Source: Candidatus Lokiarchaeum ossiferum (GTDB lineage: Archaea; Asgardarchaeota; Lokiarchaeia; Sigyniarchaeales; Promethearchaeaceae). Taken from it: a stretch of 32,000 bases of DNA. Of the stretch, positions 10,101 through 17,430 are shown piece after piece. Both the position numbers and the translations under genes were made by a program. The DNA lies in assembly GCA_025839675.1 (NCBI GenBank), contig CP104013.1:3900001-3932000 (forward strand). Reading direction: 5' to 3'. A model generated the notes under the pieces. The model did not search any database and had not been told where the DNA came from. It saw only the letters and a program-made list of their open reading frames with translations. Within the stretch, counting starts at the first letter, position 1. Each line of letters opens with the position of its first letter.

Positions 10101-11447
10101 ATAATATTGCCCTACATGATAAGTATCGTTGAAATTGTAACTTGCAGAAGCATTTACCATGAAATGAATCCAACGATCGTAGTCTACAGGTTCAATAAAA
10201 ATCGAATCAATGGCATATTCATATTCAGTGGGAACTATGGTCTCTCCTGGAGTTTCTTGAATTATATCTTGAGTGGTTTCATTTAACCAATATAGTTTAA
10301 CATCAGCCCCACTGTAATATTCCGTAAAGAGAGTCAAATTTTGATAGGCATCTAAACGAGTGGCAAAATGATCATCATCATTATATGTATTTAATCCCAA
10401 CCAAATGTGATTTTCTAATGCTGGCCAATAAGTCAACTCGGTTGGATTATTGAAATCATCGTTATCTTCAAGCCAATCTTCCTCCCCAACCCATTCTTCC
10501 TCATCATATTGCTCTTCTGGATTATTATACCGTTCGAATCCCGCGGATTCGTCGTAGAATTCTTCCATTCCATCATCTGGATTATCATCACCTTCATCGG
10601 TCCATCCGTCTCCTCCATCCCCATCATCATAATTATTTTCATTGCCTTGCGGATTAAATCGATCTACATAATCCCCTGGAACAAATCCAAAACTATCGGG
10701 AACATCAAAAGAATATTGATCTAATCCTTCTCCGGGAGTATTACCATCATACCCTGCGAGCTCTAAGATTAGGATCGTCCCATTATCATTTTCTTTATAA
10801 TAGGTCATTAATCCAGTTTCTTGGTTAAACCACGCATTTACCGAGAATGGTGCGTTTAGATCATCAGATTTGTTCAACGAGAAATCGACAATATGCCACC
10901 CGGCAGAAGTTGAATATGAAGATTCGAAATCGGTGGTTGCTCCGAAAGTATCTTTGATCAATTGATCTGTGTTTTCTGCAAGAGCAAGAACACCCACATC
11001 AGTAATATTATTTTCAATTAAAATTGTATGATTGAAAAGACGATATGTAAAATCATCGACTGTCCATCTTTCATTATCTCCGGTCATATTTTCGGTCATA
11101 TCGTTCCACGTTTCTCCATCCCATCCCCAATCATCAAAATTTGAGACATTTGGGAAAAAGAAATCGTAGTGTACGAAATCATTGCTGGTATCTAGGTCAG
11201 ATACTACTAGTTTTATTACCCCATCATCAGGACCATCATCCCCATCTTCCCCTTCTCGCACATTCGTAAAGTGATAATAAAGAACATCTCCTTCAACAAC
11301 ACTAATATTACTGGTCGGATTTAAATCACTCGCCTTTACAGTAGGCATTTTTATCGGTGAAGTTCCGAAAGTCATCGGAATCCCCGAAAATGTAAGGGAA
11401 ACTAGAATAATGACACTCATTGTTAGCGAAATATTTTTTCGTTTCAT
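7149..11447 (-). CDS. Very large hyper-acidic secreted/surface protein with three PPC-like domains and a PGF-CTERM-like membrane anchor
   Basis: Uninterrupted 1432-aa ORF. N-terminal signal-like MKRKNISLTMSVIILVSLTFSGIPMTFG. Extreme Asp/Glu/Trp/Tyr/Asn richness with many N-x-S/T sequons. Three E-D-N-D...DDD[WY][YF]...ADV.LY type repeats. D/G linker DDGDDDDGGDGDDDKD. Thr/Ser-rich stalk, then IPGYPTAVMGILSMIALLSIAFHKRK at the C-terminus. Confidence 0.85.
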   Translation of the reverse strand: MKRKNISLTMSVIILVSLTFSGIPMTFGTSPIKMPTVKASDLNPTSNISVVEGDVLYYHFTNVREGEDGDDGPDDGVIKLVVSDLDTSNDFVHYDFFFPNVSNFDDWGWDGETWNDMTENMTGDNERWTVDDFTYRLFNHTILIENNITDVGVLALAENTDQLIKDTFGATTDFESSYSTSAGWHIVDFSLNKSDDLNAPFSVNAWFNQETGLMTYYKENDNGTILILELAGYDGNTPGEGLDQYSFDVPDSFGFVPGDYVDRFNPQGNENNYDDGDGGDGWTDEGDDNPDDGMEEFYDESAGFERYNNPEEQYDEEEWVGEEDWLEDNDDFNNPTELTYWPALENHIWLGLNTYNDDDHFATRLDAYQNLTLFTEYYSGADVKLYWLNETTQDIIQETPGETIVPTEYEYAIDSIFIEPVDYDRWIHFMVNASASYNFNDTYHVGQYYDCNWEEMQSSTTRVYPNYGSIENWWGKPDYMEDNDIMDTASDLNSFGFPLSLKYLNLHDDDDWYKVYVNSGDQIKVELEYYTGADVDLYLMNNSEDILQNTDIYNTIKGYPMVRDYWSIDYTATYTGFYYLKVNGSEGYWNDTYSINVIINNDWDNWIDIREDKFEDNDDYLNPFWLDTPARYTHYNDLSKFDDDYFVFWGNEGWHYEVVIHCDPDCGLELSEIDPAGGGQVNPDDSDEDGYLQVDIDPSESHELYFKVTGANIGVNYNIEIRSGEPPTEDDGDDDDGGDGDDDKDQGIWSREWISFAYSNPATGEDVIIGFEESFDQPDMVINTGARRHRVLCRVDPIHPDSAIGEGYFHKNINFQSPEFEAFITDIIENDINLTAGYELIREPGILEIHGTMANSGQDFYLFVEQLGHDTGHPVGTVRMFHQKQWNSSAEDKWEDFHQDLVLTINCSVAGSMTKNHPELGVVEGDWWTYIVQNERYEDNWGSDNDDKVDETNVIVARFTVTHIFALNRTVMGVVGSMETMQMTPNLEPVGEYHKEGFQPFLVWDTTNPASFMTMGGLGQIDGPPVLLPAGVDWTTQENAIITMFGNMDGPPEPFASNFGTNTIRLRFDEQKSDSWSDGSGYEEWSEWTFQQDVILDVNNYGMTAYLDMYMKQNEEFNNTNDEPSGYDREESFVGFLVNSSYGITSESDISSITGVQSLDVYEWEQSEYRPTGYWNEEDTGADPSEKGGMEYTVGAVRSTDNEYVVFLGSIRFREPGSSTWDSETWQYEEDGIAYNMWFLSTIRDEDMWTLANTQFFDIGMTDWSAQESELLDILNYYMELPEGVTITTEDLTISGTTFEMVVDRGDGIESVMKIAVNEEGILQDFFMGTRYISNGTWTRWQRQVLVSAPTGVELGEVFTSDIPDNYVSWDGSIDDTIDDTDTTNTTSTSDTTSNTSEDVQNLFDSIPGYPTAVMGILSMIALLSIAFHKRK
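9282..10475 (-). repeat. Three tandem PPC (pre-peptidase C-terminal)-like domain repeats inside the giant CDS (about residues 325-445, 479-600, 613-722)
   Basis: Each unit opens with [LMF]EDND and carries an acidic run before aromatic residues (NDDDHFATRL / HDDDDWYKVYV / FDDDYFVFWG). A later G-ADV-LY element is present in units 1 and 2. Each unit closes with NxxY-type strands. Boundaries are approximate. Confidence 0.55.
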
Positions 11448-11813
11448 ATCATTAACTCCTTATTTTCAAAAAAAAGGTGTTCATGACAATTTTGGGGTAC
11501 TTCTTTAAAAATGAAATTACCGTCTGGATTCCAGACCAATTTTTGATATTTGGTTTCCAAAAAAAAATTCACAATGAAGGATGATTTCTAGCAAAATATA
11601 CTCCTACTTTGAAATTTCCCTTTAAATTCTTTTATCTCTCTGGATCACAGATAAAGTCACACTATCTTTAATATTTTTGGTTATTAAGTCATAGGGGTGA
11701 AGATAAGTGAAAAGATCATGTTCATTCATGCAAATTTTTTTGCGAAACTTCAAGAAGGGAAATAAATAGTCAAAAAAATCTTTCTCTTATTCATAGAACA
11801 AAAAGTCTTAGGT

Positions 11814-11999
11814 TTATTTTTGATAATGTTGATCAGCAAGAACAAAATTGGGGCAACTTCTATCACTTCCATAAACTTTTAAATTTAATTTTCGACATAG
11901 ATATTCTTTAGATATCCCTTTATCATCAATCATTTCATCAGCAGCTGATCCTGCTCGATAAACACTCCATCCACAATTTTTGCATATTTTTTCAATCAT
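11814..11999 (-). CDS. Small 4-Cys protein, possible zinc-binding (hypothetical)
   Basis: 61-aa ORF with ATG start in an otherwise empty 630-bp gap. CKNC near the N-terminus plus two further Cys (YLCRK, RSCPNF). No family recognised. Confidence 0.35.
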   Translation of the reverse strand: MIEKICKNCGWSVYRAGSAADEMIDDKGISKEYLCRKLNLKVYGSDRSCPNFVLADQHYQK

Positions 12000-12077
12000 A
12001 ACAAGAAAAAACTTGAATCCTATCTTCTATTTACGTTTTAAGAAAAATGTGAAAAAAAATTCCAATTTTTGTTTTTT

Positions 12078-13622
12078 TTATTTTAAAAACTCGCTTAGCT
12101 CAGAATACAAACCAGATTGATTAATACTTTCATATAGCTTTTCCGAAATCTTGAATAATTTATCATACTTTATGGTATTTTCTAAAGTCGGTTCCCAGAT
12201 ATTGGTGATATTTGCCATTTCATCGGCCGCCCTTGCAATATCATTATATTCACCAGCCCCATAAGTTGCTAATATCGCAGCACCCACTGCGGTTGATTCT
12301 TCAAGATCTCCGCGACCACATTTTAATCCTAATACATCCGCCATAATTTGGTTCCAGAGATCAGATCTGCTTCCACCTCCGGTAATTCGGAGATCCTTTG
12401 GTTTCAATCCCAGATCTGCAAACACATTGACATTTTTCTTCACTTCCATGGCTACTCCTTCCATAACTGCTCGATATATGTCTCCCGTTTTATGACCTAA
12501 CGCTAAACCAAACATTACTCCTCTGGCTTCTGGGTTCCAATGGGGTGCTCCTGCACCGATTAAATGGGGGATCATTAGTAATCCATTTGCCCCAACTGGA
12601 GATAAGGCTGCTTGTTCAGTCATCAGATCATAGGGATCTACATCTTGCCCTTTACTTTTATGAATGAAGGCTTGAATTGATTCAGCAGCTCCTACATTAT
12701 CTCTAAACCATCGTAATGCTGCTCCACTTGTAAAAATACTCGCTTCTTGAACCCAAGTGCCTGGTACTGCTGCGCAACTACAAAGTACTCTCTTTTTTGG
12801 ATCGAAGGTCGGTTTGTCAAGATACCCTAAAATAAACGAACCCGTTCCGGTGGTGCATTTCATTCTGCCCGGTTTTACGACTCCTACTCCCAAAGCGGCA
12901 CATTGTTGATCTCCTGCTCCTGAAATAACTTTGGTTTTCGTTGAGAATCCTGTTTCTGAAGAATAAATATTTCCGATTTCTTTTCCAGATTCGATTGCCT
13001 CGGGCATTTTATCTAAATCGATCCCCATTTCATTTGCAATTGTATCCGACCATTTACAAGAATTTATATCAAAAAGCATGGTTCTCGAAGCATTAGAGTG
13101 ATCTGTAATAAATTTCTTGGTCAATTTATGGGCAATGTAATCGTGGACGAGCACAAATTTATGTGTCTTATTATAAATTTCTGGTTTCTGATTTTTAAAC
13201 CACATTATTTTGGACCCGCTGAAGTATGGATCGATGGTTAACCCCGTTGTCGAATAAATTTTGTCCTCCCCGATGTGTTCTTTGATCCAATTACATTCTT
13301 TTGTGGTTCGACGATCCTGCCATACAATAGCTTTTGCTAAAGATTTGCCCTCTTTATCTACCGGGACAATTGTTTCCCGCTGATTTGTGATGGCTACACT
13401 AAGAATATCCTCATTATTGATATTTGCTCTCCGAATGGCATTGAAAATTGTTTTACGAACCGCTTGCCACCATCCTTCAGCATCTTGCTCTACCATAACC
13501 GGTGAAGGATAAAAAGACTCCCATTCTTTATAATCGTGGGCAATTTCTTTTCCTTCCGTGGTAAAAATTAAACACCGAGTACCGGTTGTGCCTATATCCA
13601 AACCTGCTACGTACTTCGTCAT
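12078..13622 (-). CDS. FGGY-family carbohydrate kinase, glycerol-kinase-like
   Basis: 514-aa ORF. Blocks match my memory of GlpK: GLDIGTTGTR, ITNQRET, AIVWQDRRT, TGLTIDPYFSGSKIMW, TDHSNASRTMLFDI, GAGDQQCAALG, TGTGSF, GAGAPHW. The exact substrate (glycerol versus another polyol or sugar) cannot be fixed by eye. Confidence 0.85.
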   Translation of the reverse strand: MTKYVAGLDIGTTGTRCLIFTTEGKEIAHDYKEWESFYPSPVMVEQDAEGWWQAVRKTIFNAIRRANINNEDILSVAITNQRETIVPVDKEGKSLAKAIVWQDRRTTKECNWIKEHIGEDKIYSTTGLTIDPYFSGSKIMWFKNQKPEIYNKTHKFVLVHDYIAHKLTKKFITDHSNASRTMLFDINSCKWSDTIANEMGIDLDKMPEAIESGKEIGNIYSSETGFSTKTKVISGAGDQQCAALGVGVVKPGRMKCTTGTGSFILGYLDKPTFDPKKRVLCSCAAVPGTWVQEASIFTSGAALRWFRDNVGAAESIQAFIHKSKGQDVDPYDLMTEQAALSPVGANGLLMIPHLIGAGAPHWNPEARGVMFGLALGHKTGDIYRAVMEGVAMEVKKNVNVFADLGLKPKDLRITGGGSRSDLWNQIMADVLGLKCGRGDLEESTAVGAAILATYGAGEYNDIARAADEMANITNIWEPTLENTIKYDKLFKISEKLYESINQSGLYSELSEFLK

Positions 13623-13705
13623 ATTTATTCACAATTTTTTTTTATATGCTTCTATTAGATCGTGTGAATTTTATAGCTTTTTAACTGGTGAGAATGAAAT
13701 AAAAT

Positions 13706-13978
13706 ATGACTAAAATGTTGGACAATGAAAATACCCTTGGAAAAATTCAAAAATACCTACATAACAAACATAAGTTTGATCGAAAGTTAGATACGCGAGA
13801 CTTGCTCGAACAACAAGATATTCTTTATAATGACTTCAAAGCTGCAATAAAATCGAATAATTCAACAAATATTCGGGAAACTTTAGGAAATTTATTAGTT
13901 GAATTGCTGAAGTATTCGAACACCAAGGAAATCGACTGGACAGATTTACTAAAAGAAAAAGTCAAACTAAATTTCTAA
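13706..13978 (+). CDS. Small helical hypothetical protein (weak MazG-like pattern without the acidic catalytic residues)
   Basis: 90-aa ORF with ATG start in a clean intergenic slot. RETLGNLLVELLKYSNTKEIDWTDLL loosely resembles the MazG helix pair, but the EExxE/D motifs are absent. Confidence 0.4.
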   Translation: MTKMLDNENTLGKIQKYLHNKHKFDRKLDTRDLLEQQDILYNDFKAAIKSNNSTNIRETLGNLLVELLKYSNTKEIDWTDLLKEKVKLNF

Positions 13979-13985
13979 AATGTGA

Positions 13986-14438
13986 TTATACAGTAGGATA
14001 ACCTGCACTATTCCAAGCAGAAATTCCACCTACCATATTATATATTTTGGAAAATTCATTGGCTACAAGAACTTCAGAAGCTGATTGACTTCGGCTCCCT
14101 GATCGACAATGAACTATTATTTCTGTATCCTTATATTCTTCGAGTTCATCCAAACGATTCTCTAACTCGTCTAACGGAATCAAGATAGAGTTATTAAGAT
14201 GTCCTGAATCATATTCACTTTGTGTACGTACATCAAGAACAATTAGATTTGGGTAATTTTTATCATCGTTAATCATCTCATATGCTTCAGAAACATTTAT
14301 ATCTTCAATACCGTCTGTTTGTCCATTATTAGGAGAAAGTTGGGGAATAAAAATAATCATAAGGATTATGCTTGCAATAACAGCAACGCTTCCGTAGATT
14401 AAGATTTTTTTTTTATTTAATTCAGAGTGTTGATCCAT
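13986..14438 (-). CDS. Membrane-anchored rhodanese-domain sulfurtransferase
   Basis: N-terminal TM (ILIYGSVAVIASIILMIIFI), then the rhodanese domain LIVLDVRTQSEYDSGHL...IIVHCRSGSRSQ (active-site loop C-R-S-G-S-R) ...GGISAW. The track start at 14477 is a TTG, so I prefer the ATG at 14438. Confidence 0.8.
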   Translation of the reverse strand: MDQHSELNKKKILIYGSVAVIASIILMIIFIPQLSPNNGQTDGIEDINVSEAYEMINDDKNYPNLIVLDVRTQSEYDSGHLNNSILIPLDELENRLDELEEYKDTEIIVHCRSGSRSQSASEVLVANEFSKIYNMVGGISAWNSAGYPTV

Positions 14439-14547
14439 GATAAACTTACATTCTAGAAACAATTTATCCCTTTTCAATTACAATTGTAAGAAGTGTATTT
14501 AATAGCAAATACGAACTAAGTTTAATCATAAGAGTGAGGGACATTTA

Positions 14548-15291
14548 GTGAGTTTAAGTAGCGAACGACCGATTATTTTTGCCCATCGGGGGGCTTCTGG
14601 ATATGAATATGAAAATTCCACTTCTGCATTTAATTATGCCATCACTTTGGGTGCTGACGGTATCGAAACGGACTGTTGGCTTTCGGAGGATGGAGAAGTT
14701 GTAGTTCATCACGATTTACTAATAAAAGCATCCCCTTCATTGAACATTCAGAAAATGACTCTCCAAGAGATTCAAAATCTTTCTTTACCAAATGGGGATA
14801 AAATTTTAAGTTTACGCGAATTGTTTGAGCAATTTGGTAGTAATGATATTCTTTCAAATCGTTTGGATCCCTTGAAGTTTAGCATTGATGTGCAAGATAA
14901 CAAAGTAGGCCCTTCGATTGCAAACTTAGTTGAAGAATTCGGCTTAATCGATAGAGTAGATCTCTGTTGTGATACTCTTTGGAAAATGAAAAACATCCGC
15001 AAAATTAATCAACGTGTTCGTTTAGTTGCATCCAATTTGGAGCACATGATCAAACCCAAACATCTTGTGTCCGGCGGAAAAATGGCTTCTTTCAAGATAG
15101 AGGCATTTAATATCAAAGCAGAATATTTTTCCCCAAAGATGAAAGAAGCTTTGAATCAATATGGTTATAAATATTATATTTGGGATCTGCATTCCAGTCG
15201 AATTTTGCGCCAATACCTCCCTTATTCTCCGGATGCAATCTATTCCAATTTTCCCGATAAGGCCATAAAAGCATTAAATTCTATGATTTAA
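14548..15291 (+). CDS. Glycerophosphodiester phosphodiesterase (GDPD family)
   Basis: IIFAHRGASGYEYENSTSAFNYAITLGADGIETDCWLSEDGEVVVHHD is the canonical GDPD N-terminal signature (HRG...EN[ST]..AF...G.D.[IL]E.D...DG..V..HD). The GTG start is forced by the proximity of this motif. Confidence 0.85.
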   Translation: MSLSSERPIIFAHRGASGYEYENSTSAFNYAITLGADGIETDCWLSEDGEVVVHHDLLIKASPSLNIQKMTLQEIQNLSLPNGDKILSLRELFEQFGSNDILSNRLDPLKFSIDVQDNKVGPSIANLVEEFGLIDRVDLCCDTLWKMKNIRKINQRVRLVASNLEHMIKPKHLVSGGKMASFKIEAFNIKAEYFSPKMKEALNQYGYKYYIWDLHSSRILRQYLPYSPDAIYSNFPDKAIKALNSMI

Positions 15292-15309
15292 AAACTGTGA
15301 GTGAAAAAA

Positions 15310-15702
15310 ATGTTTGATAATATGAAAAAAAATGTAAAAAACGCTGCGAAAAAAGCGGTTGAAGAGACTGAAAAATTTAGTCAAAAAGCAGGTCCAAAAA
15401 TCGATGAAATCGTGCGAAAGACAGGTGAAACTGTTAAAAACGCTGCTGAAACTGCATCTCCTCATCTGAAAGAAATGCAATCCACCATCTCTCATAAAGT
15501 TCAATCCGGGGAAATCATTGATGATGCAAAAAGAATCGTAAATCAAACTGCTGAATCCTTGGAACGAGTCGCTCGACAAACTGGAAAAGTTCTGCAAGAT
15601 GCTAGTAAAAAAGCATCCCCTTACATTAAAGATGCAAAGGATAAAATTGTTGAAAAAACTAAACCAATATTGGAAAAGGTAAAAGAATCATTCGAAGAAT
15701 AA
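15310..15702 (+). CDS. Lys/Glu/Ala-rich amphipathic-helix repeat protein (LEA/apolipoprotein/perilipin-like architecture)
   Basis: 130 aa from the ATG (133 aa from GTG 15301). Recurrent units: KAGPKIDEI, TASPHLKEM, KASPYIKDA, KTKPILEKV and KNAAKKA / KNAAETA / QDASKKA. No TM segment and no Cys. Confidence 0.5.
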   Translation: MFDNMKKNVKNAAKKAVEETEKFSQKAGPKIDEIVRKTGETVKNAAETASPHLKEMQSTISHKVQSGEIIDDAKRIVNQTAESLERVARQTGKVLQDASKKASPYIKDAKDKIVEKTKPILEKVKESFEE

Positions 15703-15726
15703 TTAATCGAGAGGAGTGAGTCCCCT

Positions 15727-16425
15727 TTAGAATTTTTTCTCATACGCTTTTTGCTTGACAATTTCCTTACGCTCCATGTGGCCACAATCGGGACACACCA
15801 ACATCCCAAATCCTATCTTATATCCATCCTGAATTCCAACTATTGGTCCATTACATACAGGACATGTGGGAGCGTTACTCGGGAACCATTGCCCTTTTGT
15901 GTTAGGAGTATTTTTTAATTTATTGATCCAATTCTGAAATCGTCCCATTGCTTGATATTGGTTTTTTTCCTTGGAACGTTCTTGGTAATTTTTTGGTCGT
16001 GACACAACCACCACCACTGATTTCATTTTTTCGGGACTGTTAATTAAAGTTAGAGTGGGTAAAATTGCATTATTCTTCATAGAGCCAAAGAACTCTAAAA
16101 GATCTGTTGGACCAACTGCTGCAATTGCACCTTTTCCTCCATAATCTGGATGGCGTTCAATTAAGATTTGAAACATTCGATCTCGGAAATCTAACGCCCA
16201 TATAAGAATCCAAAAGTCTGGATCCAAAGCTTTTTTTTCTTCCCCCGCAATATTGAGTAATCCCATTTCGGCATTGTAATGTTGGTGTTTTCGGGTTAAA
16301 CTATTAATATCTTCAAAGAACTGGCTTTCTATAAGGGGGTAAGGGTAAATCACGTCATTCATGTTATGCAAACTTATTTTAGTTGCAGACTTTTGCCAAC
16401 TAGTACGGGTGGAGAGGTAAATCAT
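15727..16425 (-). CDS. Hypothetical protein with C-terminal zinc ribbon, divergent from the E2/JAMM/E1 operon
   Basis: ORF of about 230 aa. C-terminal CPVCNG...x17...CPDCGH (two CxxC knuckles). The upstream domain is unrecognised (DPDFWILIWALDF, HPDYGGKGAIAAVGPTDLLEFFGS). Start is uncertain: TTG 16449, ATG 16425 or ATG 16362. Confidence 0.5.
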   Translation of the reverse strand: MIYLSTRTSWQKSATKISLHNMNDVIYPYPLIESQFFEDINSLTRKHQHYNAEMGLLNIAGEEKKALDPDFWILIWALDFRDRMFQILIERHPDYGGKGAIAAVGPTDLLEFFGSMKNNAILPTLTLINSPEKMKSVVVVVSRPKNYQERSKEKNQYQAMGRFQNWINKLKNTPNTKGQWFPSNAPTCPVCNGPIVGIQDGYKIGFGMLVCPDCGHMERKEIVKQKAYEKKF

Positions 16426-16600
16426 TAAATATGACAGTCGGGGATTCAAAAAAAGAATGTGTTTTTTTGAATGAATTCCTTGTACTTTTTATAGAAATTC
16501 CATCAATAAAATGCAAGGATCAAATTTATCAAGATCAATTTCATTAATGGTCATATTAAGATTCCTTTCAAAGAAATTCAATTAATTTATTCGGTTCTGG

Positions 16601-17410
16601 ATGCCCTCCATTATGAAAACACTCAATGAACAAATTCAAGATATTCTTACCCCTAATAATGCAATTGGGCTAATCAATCAAGAAAAAATATATGAGCTCT
16701 CACCGCTCATCCCTGTATCCATCTATTTTGAAATGATAGAAGATTTTGATGATGCTCTTCAGCAGAAATATTTAAGGTATCTTCAAATGGAAGGAATTGT
16801 GGTTTTTAATGGTATAATTTATGAGACTTCACGCGGTTTAAATTTCCAAGGACGATTGAAAGAAATTTTAACCGTGTATAATGCTCATTTCAAGCGGACC
16901 ATTGGGAATAAAAAAGCCCTTTTGAAACTCTTCGATTCCGTCACTCCCTTCGAAATTGCGAATTTAACTCAGGATAAAGTCATATTTGTTATGAAAAATT
17001 TTCGAAGATCAGACATGAAAGGATTAGTGGCTATCCGATATCTGCCAGAATATGAAATTTATTATGATAAAAAAATTTATCAGATGCCTCCATGCACACT
17101 TCTGGTTCATATCGATGAAAATTTAAATTATGACACGCCGGAAGTGATTGCAGAAGATGGTTCCAATTTTTATGAGCACCCGTTTGTCTATGCTGATTTT
17201 TATAAGTTTGGACAAAGAATATGTATGGGGTCGTTTAGTCATAGTACTGAACAATCGCAAATTTATAGGTTAAGTTTTGCTAATGCCATTAATTCATTGT
17301 TAAAACAAGCCGTACAAATATTAGTCTCTGGATATAATCGTGATGTAAACCCAGCAAATGGGCATCTTGGGACATCCCAATATGAGAAATTTATTAAATC
17401 CAAAGAGTAG
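16601..17410 (+). CDS. E2-like (UBC-fold-like) protein with an unassigned N-terminal extension of about 130 aa
   Basis: 269 aa. The C-terminal half reads YQMPPCTLLVHI (cf. E2 YPxxPPxVxF), HPF at His193 (cf. HPN) and a Cys in GQRICMGSF (Cys208, cf. G.ICLD), then helices (IYRLSFANAINSLLKQAVQIL). His-to-Cys spacing is 15 residues, against about 10 in canonical E2s. The gene lies first in an operon with JAMM and E1-like genes. Confidence 0.55.
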   Translation: MPSIMKTLNEQIQDILTPNNAIGLINQEKIYELSPLIPVSIYFEMIEDFDDALQQKYLRYLQMEGIVVFNGIIYETSRGLNFQGRLKEILTVYNAHFKRTIGNKKALLKLFDSVTPFEIANLTQDKVIFVMKNFRRSDMKGLVAIRYLPEYEIYYDKKIYQMPPCTLLVHIDENLNYDTPEVIAEDGSNFYEHPFVYADFYKFGQRICMGSFSHSTEQSQIYRLSFANAINSLLKQAVQILVSGYNRDVNPANGHLGTSQYEKFIKSKE

Positions 17411-17430
17411 AATAAAAGGAAAATATTGGT

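Noticed and set aside
7416-10724. Ten 62-102-aa ORFs (7416-7607, 7621-7929, 7793-7990, 8263-8454, 9081-9374, 9101-9292, 10077-10286, 10433-10642, 10509-10724 and similar) overlapping the giant minus-strand gene
   Set aside because: All lie inside the uninterrupted 1432-aa ORF, which has clear domain structure. They have low-complexity, repeat-shadow compositions (poly-Ile/Met/Ser) typical of antisense or off-frame ORFs in AT-rich coding DNA.
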